A program made the translations under genes and the position numbers. From contig JAHFBI010000002.1 in assembly GCA_023250095.1 (NCBI GenBank), positions 1-45,710 on the forward strand: 45,710 nt of DNA, given 5' to 3'. Below, piece by piece: positions 26,206-35,391 of this stretch (positions within the stretch are counted from its first letter, which is position 1; each line of letters opens with the position of its first letter). This DNA is from Candidatus Melainabacteria bacterium. Its GTDB lineage: Bacteria; Cyanobacteriota; Vampirovibrionia; Obscuribacterales; Obscuribacteraceae. A model generated the notes under the pieces. It saw only the letters and a program-made list of their open reading frames with translations, did not search any database and was not told where the DNA came from.

Positions 26206-27264
26206 TCAGTAATTTTTCCAGCTGGCGATCATCTGCGGAATTGGCTTTGGACCGGCCATCCAGAGGATACATTCGTCCAGCCAGCGCCTCAGTCGCCACT
26301 GCCGCGCAAGCTTTCCAGCGGCCGCCATCCGGACGGCGTCTGCCAGCAGGCTGCCGTGATCGGCTGCAAGAGGCATGCGCATCGCCAGTGATACCGGCAC
26401 GACAACGACCTGAGCCGCATCGTCCAGGGCCTTAAGCTGGCTGAGCGCAGCTGCTTCCCGATGGGGCTTGATCACGGCGTAATAACCGCTATCGATCACA
26501 TGCCCGCGCCGGTCACGGCTGGGGCTTGAGCGCACGCTCACCAGAGTGAGATCGCCGGGGGACAATTGCAGTCCTGTTTCTTCTTCCAGTTCCCGGGCAG
26601 CACAGGCAGGCAGATCTTCCAGCAAGGGGCGCAGGAATCCGCCTGGCAGCCCGAAACAACCTTTGAACGGCTCGAATTTACGCTTGACCAGAACCACGCG
26701 GTCGCTTTTCTCGAAGAGCACGACTACCGAGGCGGCCACGTCTGCTTTGGGATAAGCATAGACAAAACTTGTCTTGTTGCGGAGCAAGGAGATTATGGCT
26801 TCTGTCAGAGAAAGCTGGCAAAGCTTTCGCTCAAGCTCTTCGCAAATGCGCGAAGGCGAGCCGTCGGTGCTCTCCAGACAGTCTATGGCGACAATCACTT
26901 CGGCAGTCGCCTCCCGCAGTATTTTGCAAGTTTCAACTATTTGCTCTTCGCAAGCTTTCCCGCAGACGATGATGGAGGGGCGGCAACCAACGGCCGATGG
27001 CAGGCTGTCGAGGGCAAATCCTTTGCTGCTTTCGATATGTTGGACCGGGATCTTGCCTTCCTGGCACAATTGTTTCAGGCGATCGAGACGCTCCCAGTTG
27101 CAGGACTCGATGAGTTCCTGTCTGTCGCCAATGATCAAAAGGAGATGTTTTCGGCTGGGCATGTGCTTTGTCTCTGGCGCTCTGGACGCTCTGGACGCAA
27201 AATCGGACTTGCTGGGAGCGGGGCGGTTTGGTTGAGTCTGCCTGCGCACCGCCTGCGATACCAT
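26206..27264 (-). CDS. Two-domain protein: unknown N-terminal alpha/beta-like domain fused to a C-terminal NUDIX hydrolase domain
   Basis: NUDIX box GLPGGFLRPLLEDLPACAARELEEETGL. The N-terminal part has a Rossmann-like strand pattern (LLLIIGD, IIVCGKACEEQIVETC, VIVAIDC). An alternative start at 27162 (MPSRKHLLL) is possible. Confidence 0.8.
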   Translation of the reverse strand: MVSQAVRRQTQPNRPAPSKSDFASRASRAPETKHMPSRKHLLLIIGDRQELIESCNWERLDRLKQLCQEGKIPVQHIESSKGFALDSLPSAVGCRPSIIVCGKACEEQIVETCKILREATAEVIVAIDCLESTDGSPSRICEELERKLCQLSLTEAIISLLRNKTSFVYAYPKADVAASVVVLFEKSDRVVLVKRKFEPFKGCFGLPGGFLRPLLEDLPACAARELEEETGLQLSPGDLTLVSVRSSPSRDRRGHVIDSGYYAVIKPHREAAALSQLKALDDAAQVVVVPVSLAMRMPLAADHGSLLADAVRMAAAGKLARQWRLRRWLDECILWMAGPKPIPQMIASWKNY

Positions 27265-27355
27265 CGTTCTATCTCAAAATCCGGTGGAGCGACTTTCAGG
27301 AGTACCTACGGAAAGCTTTCAGCTTTGTGCAGGGCTTGCAGGCGAGTGTTTACCT

Positions 27356-27586
27356 CTAATGGTGGTACCCTTGTCCGGCCCTTTCTATTTCATCCAACCA
27401 GCTGGCTGGAATTTTCACGGTTTCCTGCTCATGCAAAAGAGCCAATTCTTTCAAGTCCCAGAGATCGTAGAAATGTTGAGGGCTGGTTGCCCAGTTCTTG
27501 CTGGACTTCATCGCTGCGTAAACGCGATTGAGCCTTTCTCTCAACTGCACTGTGTCGATGGTGATTGATGCGGGCTTGTCTTGCAT
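27356..27586 (-). CDS. Small hypothetical protein (76 aa)
   Basis: Internal ATG at 27586 (MQDKPASITIDTVQLRERL...) with GGAG upstream. The longer track ORF (to 27748) runs into the transposase remnant. Confidence 0.4.
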   Translation of the reverse strand: MQDKPASITIDTVQLRERLNRVYAAMKSSKNWATSPQHFYDLWDLKELALLHEQETVKIPASWLDEIERAGQGYHH

Positions 27587-27686
27587 GAATCTTAATCTCC
27601 CTTTTTCTGCCTTTGCGTTCTCTCGTGTTTTTGATAGTTGTCTCGTCAACCAGGAGGCTTGTTGCCTCAGCCAGCCCTTCTGAAGG

Positions 27687-28417
27687 CTAAATCGGCCAGT
27701 CAGCGTTGTCAAGCGTAATTGCCCCAGTGTACATCGCCTGCTTTGCAAGAGCTTGATTGTGCTTGCCTGGAAAATTCCTCAAGGCGGAAGCCTTGCTCGA
27801 AGTGGCAGCAGGAAGACTCTCCGGAGGTTTAAGACCACGACTATCCAACGAACGTGAGGATGTCCGCAACAGTGAATATAGAGCAGCCATATATTCCTGG
27901 CGTCGGTAAAGCTGATCTGGCAGGTCAGCTCCACGGCGTGAGTTTCACGTCCTTGTTTCCGTCCCCGCATGGGGAGTGGGTTCGGTCAATGAGGCCAGTT
28001 TGCCAGTTGACAGAAATGAACTTGTGCGGCGTCAAGTCCTTTTGCCGGACAGCTTGTGCTTGTCGCCAAAGCGCAAAGTACTAGCATCGTTGCAATCCTC
28101 GTATAGATGCTCGATGCCGTATATTCGTTGTCGAAACATATCTGCATGCGTATGCTGAACGGCGTCCGCTCTGCCGTTTTCCTTCAAGCAAAGCACCGCA
28201 GTCTCAATCAGTGCCACTTCTCATCAGCCTTTCGGAGAAATAACATTCCGTCGCTGGAGATTCGCCCTCCATCAAAGTTTGCCTGTATGACCTTTCCAAG
28301 CCCCATATAGAGACGAAGTTGACCCTGTTCTTTGGATTCGGTCGGTTTAGATTGATGCATCCAATTTGCCCTCGAGTTGTCAGATTTCGGTTGTGCAAAA
28401 CAGAGATTCTGAGCCAA
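27687..28417 (-). pseudogene. Frameshifted, truncated DDE transposase remnant (IS1380/IS4-like N-terminal region)
   Basis: Consecutive minus-strand fragments lie in different frames. They include ANFDGGRISSDGMLFLRKADEKW (28208-28417) and HADMFRQRIYGIEHLYEDCNDASTLRFGD (28032-28217). These resemble the conserved N-terminus of that transposase group as I recall it. Weaker fragments extend down to about 27690. No DDE core and no terminal inverted repeats were found. Confidence 0.6.
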
Positions 28418-28586
28418 CTGGCAGGGCTTTTCGGCTACGCGGAAAAATAGTTTGGTATCACTGCCGTGAATAATCCGGGCCGGGATATTATACTATATGC
28501 TTTAATAGCCTGAAACCTAAAAGATAACGCGTCCATGAGGTTTTTCATCCCCGGCTGCGTCATCTTAGTATGCAATTCTCGAGATG

Positions 28587-28634
28587 CCAAAAAGAACAGG
28601 GACGAGAGGTTACTTGATTCACCTCTCGTCCCTG
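28587..28634 (-). terminator. Rho-independent terminator of rseP
   Basis: 14-bp perfect stem CAGGGACGAGAGGT (28597-28610) / ACCTCTCGTCCCTG (28621-28634). It starts 15 nt after the rseP stop and is followed on the minus strand by TTCTTTTTGG. Confidence 0.8.
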
Positions 28635-28649
28635 CGCAACAGGAGCTGC

Positions 28650-29747
28650 TTACTTGAAGTTCACGGGATGGAAGACGTCGTTAAACAGTCCCCAGACCAT
28701 GAGCAGGATCAGAAGCAGGAAGAAAAGGTTGCTGACGGCCACTTGTGTCTGCCGGGCAAGAGGTTTGCCTCTGAGTTTCTCGATCCCAAGGAACATCACG
28801 TGCCCGCCGTCCAGCATGGGAATCGGCAGGATGTTGAAGAACGCCAGGTTCATGGAGATGAGCACAAGCATCTGCAAGAAGCTGTAGAGACCGTCGTTGA
28901 AAGCCATGGCGCCGAACTGCACGATGGCAACGAGGCCGTGCATGTCGGTAGCGCCTTCAGGAGCACCGGCAGGAGGCGGCACGATTTTCAGCATCATGCC
29001 CAGCCCGACGAACATCTGCTTGAGCAGGTTGGCGTTGAATTTCACGGCTTCGGTAAAGGCGGTGAGAGGTCCCATCTTCTTGTAGACAGGTGCTACTTTG
29101 CCACCAATAGCGATACCGATGTGTCCATCCTTATCCGGGGTGACGGTATAAGTGAGGACATCGGCGCCGCGCTTGACAGTAATGCTCGCTGGCACGCCCT
29201 TATGGGCGCCCAGAACTCTCTGCAGATCCTGCGGAGTGGCAATCGTTTGCCCATCCACTGAGACGAACTCGTCACCGGCTCTTAGACCAGCATCAGCAGC
29301 AATCGTAACCGTCGTCGAGACCCCGGAGATGGATACGCTCTGATAAGCGTAATCTCTCTGTCCGAATCCGACGAAAAGGACGAACATCAAAGCCACAGCC
29401 AGAAGCACATTCATAGTCACGCCGGCCACCATTACGGCGCCTCGCTTCCATATGGCTTTGCTCTGGAAATTGGCGTCGGAGGGATCGATTTTCACGTAAC
29501 CACCGATCAACCAGGGAGTGATCTGGAACTGAGTGCCCCAGAACCGTCCCAAGACAATCCGTGGGTTGCTGCCGAATCCAATCGAGAATGTAGGCACATC
29601 GAAACCGAGTGCCCGAGCAACGAACCAGTGTCCGAACTCGTGAGCGACGATGAGCAGGATGAGCCCCCCCAGCATCGCCCAGTGACCAGGCTGGAAATAC
29701 ATGGCCGCCAGAGCAAGAGCTCCGGCGAACCAGAGAAAGTTTTTCAT
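28650..29747 (-). CDS. rseP: RseP-type M50 site-2 (regulated intramembrane proteolysis) zinc metalloprotease with PDZ domain
   Basis: HEFGHWFVARALGF (HExxH), a central PDZ-like segment (AADAGLRAGDEFVSVDGQ), and NILPIPMLDGGHV. Start preferred at MKNFLWF (29747). The track ORF extends to 29771. Confidence 0.9.
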   Translation of the reverse strand: MKNFLWFAGALALAAMYFQPGHWAMLGGLILLIVAHEFGHWFVARALGFDVPTFSIGFGSNPRIVLGRFWGTQFQITPWLIGGYVKIDPSDANFQSKAIWKRGAVMVAGVTMNVLLAVALMFVLFVGFGQRDYAYQSVSISGVSTTVTIAADAGLRAGDEFVSVDGQTIATPQDLQRVLGAHKGVPASITVKRGADVLTYTVTPDKDGHIGIAIGGKVAPVYKKMGPLTAFTEAVKFNANLLKQMFVGLGMMLKIVPPPAGAPEGATDMHGLVAIVQFGAMAFNDGLYSFLQMLVLISMNLAFFNILPIPMLDGGHVMFLGIEKLRGKPLARQTQVAVSNLFFLLLILLMVWGLFNDVFHPVNFK

Positions 29748-29801
29748 GGTTTTTCCGTAATCTGCCCTCATAAGAAAGCGCGAGGACTTGGTAAAGCGAC
29801 A

Positions 29802-29864
29802 GGCGACGCGCGCCTGCCGTCAGTTGAACGTAAGCAACGGTTATCTGCCGGCGACGCGCGCCTG
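29802..29864. repeat. Two perfect copies of a 15-nt GC-rich direct repeat in the spacer upstream of rseP
   Basis: GGCGACGCGCGCCTG occurs at 29802-29816 and 29850-29864. The first copy can also fold as CAGGCG-ACGCG-CGCCTG. Confidence 0.8.
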
Positions 29865-29894
29865 GGAAGCAGGAGAGCGTCAGGACACGGGAGA

Positions 29895-30323
29895 TCAACC
29901 GTTTGCGGGGCACTGCTCAGGAGTGCAGGGACCAAAAATCTCATCCATCAGGATGTCGACTTCCTGACGGGCGACCTTTTCCTGAATGTTGCGCAAGCCA
30001 TCAGCCGTGATGAGCCAGAGGTAAGCGCCAGTCTCAGGATGCCTGGCCGAGCCGTCGAGCTGCCCGTAGAGAGCCATCGTGCCGTGCTGGAGCTTGCCGA
30101 GCACGATGCGCAAGATGGCAAAGCCTTGAGGGTGGGTCAGGTAACCGGCCTCAACCGCGCGGTCGCGCTGCCGGTAGCCGACCAGAACTCCCTCTTGCAG
30201 AACCACCTCACCGCCGATTGTGGTTCCAAACGGCGTGAGAAGACGCGCGAAAGCATCGTCTCGGTTTCGCAGAAATGACAATGCCTGCCATTCCGGCATG
30301 GGGATGTAAACTGTGGTGTTCAT
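29895..30323 (-). CDS. Hypothetical protein (142 aa)
   Basis: ATG preceded by GGAAAGGAAATT. No motif recognised. Lies between ftsH and rseP. Confidence 0.6.
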   Translation of the reverse strand: MNTTVYIPMPEWQALSFLRNRDDAFARLLTPFGTTIGGEVVLQEGVLVGYRQRDRAVEAGYLTHPQGFAILRIVLGKLQHGTMALYGQLDGSARHPETGAYLWLITADGLRNIQEKVARQEVDILMDEIFGPCTPEQCPANG

Positions 30324-30355
30324 AATTTCCTTTCCACCAACATGTGGGTCTGGCA

Positions 30356-30396
30356 GGACAGGAAGGCGGATCTCAAACGACCCACCTTTCCTGTCC
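30356..30396 (-). other. Stable hairpin in the spacer between ftsH (30436) and the 142-aa gene
   Basis: GGACAGGAAGG (30356-30366) pairs with CCTTTCCTGTCC (30385-30396) with one bulged base. No U-tract. Confidence 0.3.
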
Positions 30397-30435
30397 TTCA
30401 GAATTCAAAGGGTTCGCAAAATCCAAGCAGAAGGC

Positions 30436-32475
30436 TTAGCCAGCGGCCGGTCGGCTGCCGGAATCAGGACCTTCCGCTGCACCTTCGACGACAGCAGATG
30501 CCGTCGGCGCCGGCTCGTCATTCCAGAGTGTGCGGAACTCGGGGCCAAGCAAAGTCTCCTTCTCAAGCAAAACCTTGACGATGCGCTCGATGCGCTCGGC
30601 ATTGGTCTCGATGATCTTGAGAGCCTCGGCATAGCACTCGTTGACGATACGGCTCCACTCGGAGTCAACCTTGTCGAGGAGTGCCGGACCGGTCGTCGGC
30701 GGCGCGTACGGATTGTCGCTGGTGATTGACACCGGACCGACCGTTGACATGCCGAACTCCGTGACCATCCTTCTGGCAAGCGAAGCTGCCTGCTGGAAGT
30801 CGTTGGAAGCACCGGTGTCGGTGGTCTTGAGGAAGAACACCTGAGCAGCGCGCCCACCCATGGCCATCATGATTCTGGTGAGCATCTGCTCCTGAGTCGT
30901 GTTGAAGCGATCCCCTTCCGGGAGCGCCTGCGTATAGCCAAGAGCCCGGGCCCGCGGCACGATGGTGATTTTGGTCACTGGATCGCCACCGCGAGCCTGC
31001 ATGACTGCAGCATGCCCGACTTCGTGATAGGCGGTCTGCTCCATGTCCTTGGACGACATGGCATGAGCGCGTGATGTCCGCGCCTCGCCCATCTGCACCA
31101 CATCGATGGCTTCGTCGAACTCGGCAAGCGTAATTCCCTTCGGAATCGCATTGATCTCCTGCTCGCTCTTGCCCTCGTTGCGGAGCCTGGTGACAAGCTC
31201 CTCGGTACGCTCGGCGGCAATTGTAGCCGCTTCGTTGCAAGCAGCCTCGATATCGGCGCCGCTGAAGCCGGGGGTCCTGGCGGCCAGAAGCTGCATGTCC
31301 ACGCCCTGGGCCATAGGCTTGCCCTGGGTGTGAATGGCGTAAATGGCTGCTCTGCCGGCGACATCCGGCAGATCCACCAGCACCTGGTAGTCGAAACGAC
31401 CGGGGCGCTTGAGAGCAGCATCAAGAATGTCGGCACGGTTGGTGGCGGCCAGGACGAGGATGCCCTGGTTGGGAGCAAAGCCGTCCATCTCCACGAGGAT
31501 CTGGTTGAGGGTCTGCTCGCGCTCGTCGTGGGAGGCGCCGGGACCGTTACCCCCGCGCTGCCGTCCCACAGCATCGATCTCATCGATGAAGATGATCACG
31601 GGCTTGCTGGTGCGGGCCACCTCATTGCGGGCTTCCTGGAAGAGGTCGCGCACGCGGGCAGCGCCGACACCGACATAGACTTCCACAAACTGCGAGCCGG
31701 AAATGGCATAGAAGCTGGCACCGGCTTCGCCGGCCAGCGCCTTGGCCAGAAGCGTCTTGCCTGTGCCCGGAGGGCCGACAAGCAGAACGCCCTTTGGCAG
31801 GCGAGCACCGAAGAAACTGAACCAGCCCGGCGCCTTCAACCAGCGCAGCACACGCTTCAGCTTCTTGATGGCTTCGTCGCAACCAGCGACGTCCTTGAAG
31901 CTCTTGTTGCCGGTGTCGGTCGGCTCGAACTTGCGAGCAGCTGACCGCGTGAAGCGGCCGTCCAGCGAGCCGCCGGGGCGGTTGTTCGATGAACCTGAAT
32001 TGAGCGTGGTCGGGGCATTTCTCTTGCCCATCCAGCGGATGAGCACGAAGAAAATCACCACAAATACAATTAGCCAGACAACTGCCGGAACAGCCACCAG
32101 AAAGTCGCCAATACCCCCTCCGGCATTGGGAGCGGCAGCAGGCTTGGCGTCCTTGGCTGCGTCGCCGGTGTTGACTGCAATGGCGATCTCAGGCAGAAAA
32201 CCGCCATCGCCCATCTCGCTTGTAGACTGAGCAACCTGACGATTGCCTGCTTTGACAAGGCTATCGGATGGCTGGCTTGTGCCATCTAGAGAAAGAAAGA
32301 GCCTGGATGGCCCTGTCGTAAAAGTACTGTCCCCGTCGGTCAGGGCTTTGACCGTATGAGCCGGGACAGGAGTAGCGCTGGCTACACTGGATTGAAAGGT
32401 GCCACTGGACAGAGTCAGACAGAAGGCAGCCACTACAGTATTCAGCCAGAGGATAGATGATCTCTTCATCTTCAT
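30436..32475 (-). CDS. ftsH: FtsH-family ATP-dependent zinc metalloprotease with atypical long N-terminal region
   Basis: Walker A GPPGTGKT, Walker [10 protein letters not shown], second region of homology ATNRADILDAALKRPGRFD, zinc site HEVGHA. Start at MKMKRSS (32475). The track ORF extends to 32496. Confidence 0.92.
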   Translation of the reverse strand: MKMKRSSILWLNTVVAAFCLTLSSGTFQSSVASATPVPAHTVKALTDGDSTFTTGPSRLFLSLDGTSQPSDSLVKAGNRQVAQSTSEMGDGGFLPEIAIAVNTGDAAKDAKPAAAPNAGGGIGDFLVAVPAVVWLIVFVVIFFVLIRWMGKRNAPTTLNSGSSNNRPGGSLDGRFTRSAARKFEPTDTGNKSFKDVAGCDEAIKKLKRVLRWLKAPGWFSFFGARLPKGVLLVGPPGTGKTLLAKALAGEAGASFYAISGSQFVEVYVGVGAARVRDLFQEARNEVARTSKPVIIFIDEIDAVGRQRGGNGPGASHDEREQTLNQILVEMDGFAPNQGILVLAATNRADILDAALKRPGRFDYQVLVDLPDVAGRAAIYAIHTQGKPMAQGVDMQLLAARTPGFSGADIEAACNEAATIAAERTEELVTRLRNEGKSEQEINAIPKGITLAEFDEAIDVVQMGEARTSRAHAMSSKDMEQTAYHEVGHAAVMQARGGDPVTKITIVPRARALGYTQALPEGDRFNTTQEQMLTRIMMAMGGRAAQVFFLKTTDTGASNDFQQAASLARRMVTEFGMSTVGPVSITSDNPYAPPTTGPALLDKVDSEWSRIVNECYAEALKIIETNAERIERIVKVLLEKETLLGPEFRTLWNDEPAPTASAVVEGAAEGPDSGSRPAAG

Positions 32476-32589
32476 CCTCACTTCTTCTTCGCACAAAGGC
32501 GATGTAGGTCGGGCCTCGACATGAAAGCCCGGCGGAAATGGATTTCAAAAAAATCGACTTCCATTGTAAAGATTGGAGCTAAAGCCAGC

Positions 32590-32623
32590 AGCCTGCCCGG
32601 TGGACCGTCCAGCCGGGCAGGCT
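32590..32623 (-). terminator. Strong hairpin between the two ftsH genes (possible terminator or attenuator)
   Basis: 11-bp perfect stem AGCCTGCCCGG (32590-32600) / CCGGGCAGGCT (32613-32623), about 65 nt after the upstream ftsH stop. Only a weak U-tract follows. Confidence 0.4.
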
Positions 32624-32689
32624 ACCGCTTGTTCTGCAGGAAACTTCCGCAGAAGTGATACCAGCACACGTGGCGCCGAAGTTGCGGCA

Positions 32690-34597
32690 TTACTCCGCGG
32701 AGGCTGGCTGGTTCGGACCATCTAACGACGATGGCGAGCCCCAGAGCTCCTCGAATTCGGCACCAAGGATGGTTTCCTTCTCGATCAGCCGGTCGACCAC
32801 GCGCTGGAAGCTGTCCTTGCGGCGTTCGACTACTGCTTTGGCACGGCCGTAAGCCTCTTCGAGAATCGCCTGCACCTGCTCGTCGACGCGGTCCATGATG
32901 GCCGGTCCCCAGGTACTTTGCCCTTGAGCTGACATCGACCTTCCAAGGAATGGACTGGTCGACTCATCGGAAACCGAGATATGACCGAGGCTGGACATGC
33001 CGAACTTGGTCACCATCCGGCGGGCAAGATTTGTGGCCTGCTCGAAGTCGTTGGATGCCCCTGTGTCGACGACACCGAGGATCACTTCCTGAGCGACACG
33101 CCCCCCCATCATCGAAGCCAGCTCGTTGAGCAGCTCTTCGCGTGTGCGGTTGAAGCGCTCACCTTCCGGCAGAGACAGGGTGAAACCCAGAGCCCGAGCA
33201 CGCGGCATGATCGTCACTTTGCGAATGGGGTCGCCTTTGAGATCGTGCCCGACACCGGCGTGTCCGACTTCGTGGACGGCAGTGTTTTTCTTGTCGTCCA
33301 GGCTCATGATGCGCGGACGGGCAGGACCCATCATGGCGCGATCAATACCTTCGCTGAAGTCTTCCATGGTGATGGTCTTGGGCAGACCGGCGACTTCAGC
33401 CGTGGAGGCCCCGGCCGCCTGCATCTCCTTGATCTTCGCCTGCCTGCGCCGTCTGGCAACAACAGCCGCCTCGTTGCATGCATTGGCGATGTCGGCGCCG
33501 CTGAAGCCAGGCGTGATGCCAGCCAGAACCTTCAGATCGACACCTTCAGCCAGAGGGCGGTTGCGGGTGTGAATCTTGAAGATATCGGCGCGCCCGATCA
33601 TGTCCGGGCTGTCGACCGTGACGTGCCTGTCGAAACGACCGGCGCGCACAATGGCCGGGTCGAGGATGTCCGGACGGTTGGTGGCGGCAATGACGACTAT
33701 GGCTTCGTTCTCGGTGAAACCGTCCATCTGCACGAGAATCTCATTGAGAGTTTGCTCGCGCTCATCGTGCCCGCCGCCGATGCCGGCGCCGCGATGGCGT
33801 CCGACCGCGTCGATCTCGTCGATGAAGATGATCGAAGGCATCTTCTTGCGGGCTTTGTCGAAGAGGTCGCGTGCGCGGGAAGCCCCGACACCAACGAACA
33901 TCTCCACGAAGCTGGACGCGGACATGGCAAAGAAAGGCACGCCAGCCTCGCCGGCCACAGCCTTGGCCAACAGCGTCTTGCCGTTGCCCGGCCCACCGAC
34001 AAGCAGGATGCCGCGCGGCAGTGCTGCGCCCATCTCCTTGAAAGAAGCCGGATCCCGCAGATACTCGACCACTTCTTGCAACTCAGCCTTGGCTTCGGTG
34101 CAACCGGCCACATCTGCAAAAGTTTTCTTCTCAGCTGACGGCTGGAATTCATTTCCGCCGGACTGCTGGAAGCGCTTCATCTGGTTGAGCGGTCCGCCTG
34201 CCTGCTTGCTCATCATCCAGAAGTAGAAGATCAAGATGAGAACAAACGGGTTGAGCAGGAAGCCTAGAATCGTCGAGAGAATACCCGGCTGTTCCGGCTC
34301 TTTGGCAATGACCTTGACGTGAGCTTTGTTGGCCGCTTCAATCACCGATTGCTCCCCGGCTTTGCCAGGAAGCACAACGTGCGCCGGCTTCTCCTTGTCA
34401 CGCTCCACGGTCACCTCGTTGGTGCCATTGGTAATCGTGATGCTCTTGACAGAAGTGGGCTGTTGCAAAAGAAGCGTGACCAGATCCGAATAATCCATGA
34501 CCGCCGGTTTCTCAGGGGCTGGCGGCTGCAAGAATGTCAGCGCGAGCATGAAGAAAGCCACGACGATCAGAAGTTGAAAAACAGATTTCATCTTCAT
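32690..34597 (-). CDS. ftsH: FtsH-family ATP-dependent zinc metalloprotease
   Basis: Typical FtsH layout: TM, periplasmic region, TM. Walker A variant GGPGNGKT, Walker [35 protein letters not shown]. Start at MKMKSVF (34597, GAGG upstream). Confidence 0.93.
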   Translation of the reverse strand: MKMKSVFQLLIVVAFFMLALTFLQPPAPEKPAVMDYSDLVTLLLQQPTSVKSITITNGTNEVTVERDKEKPAHVVLPGKAGEQSVIEAANKAHVKVIAKEPEQPGILSTILGFLLNPFVLILIFYFWMMSKQAGGPLNQMKRFQQSGGNEFQPSAEKKTFADVAGCTEAKAELQEVVEYLRDPASFKEMGAALPRGILLVGGPGNGKTLLAKAVAGEAGVPFFAMSASSFVEMFVGVGASRARDLFDKARKKMPSIIFIDEIDAVGRHRGAGIGGGHDEREQTLNEILVQMDGFTENEAIVVIAATNRPDILDPAIVRAGRFDRHVTVDSPDMIGRADIFKIHTRNRPLAEGVDLKVLAGITPGFSGADIANACNEAAVVARRRRQAKIKEMQAAGASTAEVAGLPKTITMEDFSEGIDRAMMGPARPRIMSLDDKKNTAVHEVGHAGVGHDLKGDPIRKVTIMPRARALGFTLSLPEGERFNRTREELLNELASMMGGRVAQEVILGVVDTGASNDFEQATNLARRMVTKFGMSSLGHISVSDESTSPFLGRSMSAQGQSTWGPAIMDRVDEQVQAILEEAYGRAKAVVERRKDSFQRVVDRLIEKETILGAEFEELWGSPSSLDGPNQPASAE

Positions 34598-34743
34598 GTT
34601 GTTGACCTCAATTCGGCGCACCTTTCCCGGCGCGCTTTATTCAAAACGGCAGCTGCTGCTCGAGCTTTGTTTTCTTGCTCAAGTCCTTGCGACTTTCCGC
34701 CGTCAGTTTTGTTTTTGGGCTGAAAACCTTGCCCGATGGCAGC

Positions 34744-35391
34744 TCAGCCGACTTGCTCGTCGACCGCTAAAGAGGCTTTCGGCCTGCGCAGAAGTCCGAG
34801 GCGATAACCGCGCTCGCGCTCCTGCTGGGCAGCTTCGACCAGCGAGAATTTCTCCGCTGTCTCGAGAATGTGAAAGAACTCCACCTCCAGCTCGCGACCA
34901 ATTCTGGCCCAGTCGGAGATCGAAGAGAGCTCCTCCTCCGCGAAGCCTGGCAGGCTCGCCATAAGCGTGTCGGGAGTCGCCAGTGCTGGAAGCCGATTGA
35001 GGAGATCGCTCTTGCTCAAAGGAACATTGTCCACTGTCAGCGTCGCCTTATTTTCGAGCACGTTCAGGTAGAACCGAACGCTTTCCCGCTGTCCGGCAAC
35101 TGCTGCCACTTTCTCGAACTTCTCTTTCATGCCCTTGAGCCCGATCATGGACAGGCGCAGTGCCGGTCCTTCGGAAGCCCACTTTTCGATAGTGCGCGCC
35201 ATGACCGCCTGACCCTCGGGATTGAGAATTTGCGCGGTCTTGCCGTCCTCAGGAATGACGAAAGAATACTGCCTTCCATCGCCGGCTTTCAGCTCCAGGG
35301 CTTTCACATAAGCTCGCAAAGCGTGAATTGCCATTCCTACCAGATATTTCTGCGACCTCTGGTTACGGTCGGAGTATGTTTTACGTTGCAT
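34744..35391 (-). CDS. Hypothetical protein (215 aa) upstream of the ftsH pair
   Basis: ATG with AAGGAG 7 nt upstream. No family motif recognised. Confidence 0.65.
   Translation of the reverse strand: MQRKTYSDRNQRSQKYLVGMAIHALRAYVKALELKAGDGRQYSFVIPEDGKTAQILNPEGQAVMARTIEKWASEGPALRLSMIGLKGMKEKFEKVAAVAGQRESVRFYLNVLENKATLTVDNVPLSKSDLLNRLPALATPDTLMASLPGFAEEELSSISDWARIGRELEVEFFHILETAEKFSLVEAAQQERERGYRLGLLRRPKASLAVDEQVG

Noticed and set aside
32981-34226. Long plus-strand ORFs (385 aa and 216 aa) antisense to ftsH. Similar cases: 19540-20349, 22956-23870, 26566-27531, 37224-37967, 40323-41048, 16557-17384 and 28584-29261.
   Set aside because: In every case the opposite strand carries unmistakable family motifs (FtsH, HD, DeoB, NUDIX, DUF4388, ProRS, CX5R phosphatase, RseP). 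These are shadow ORFs caused by GC-rich codon usage.
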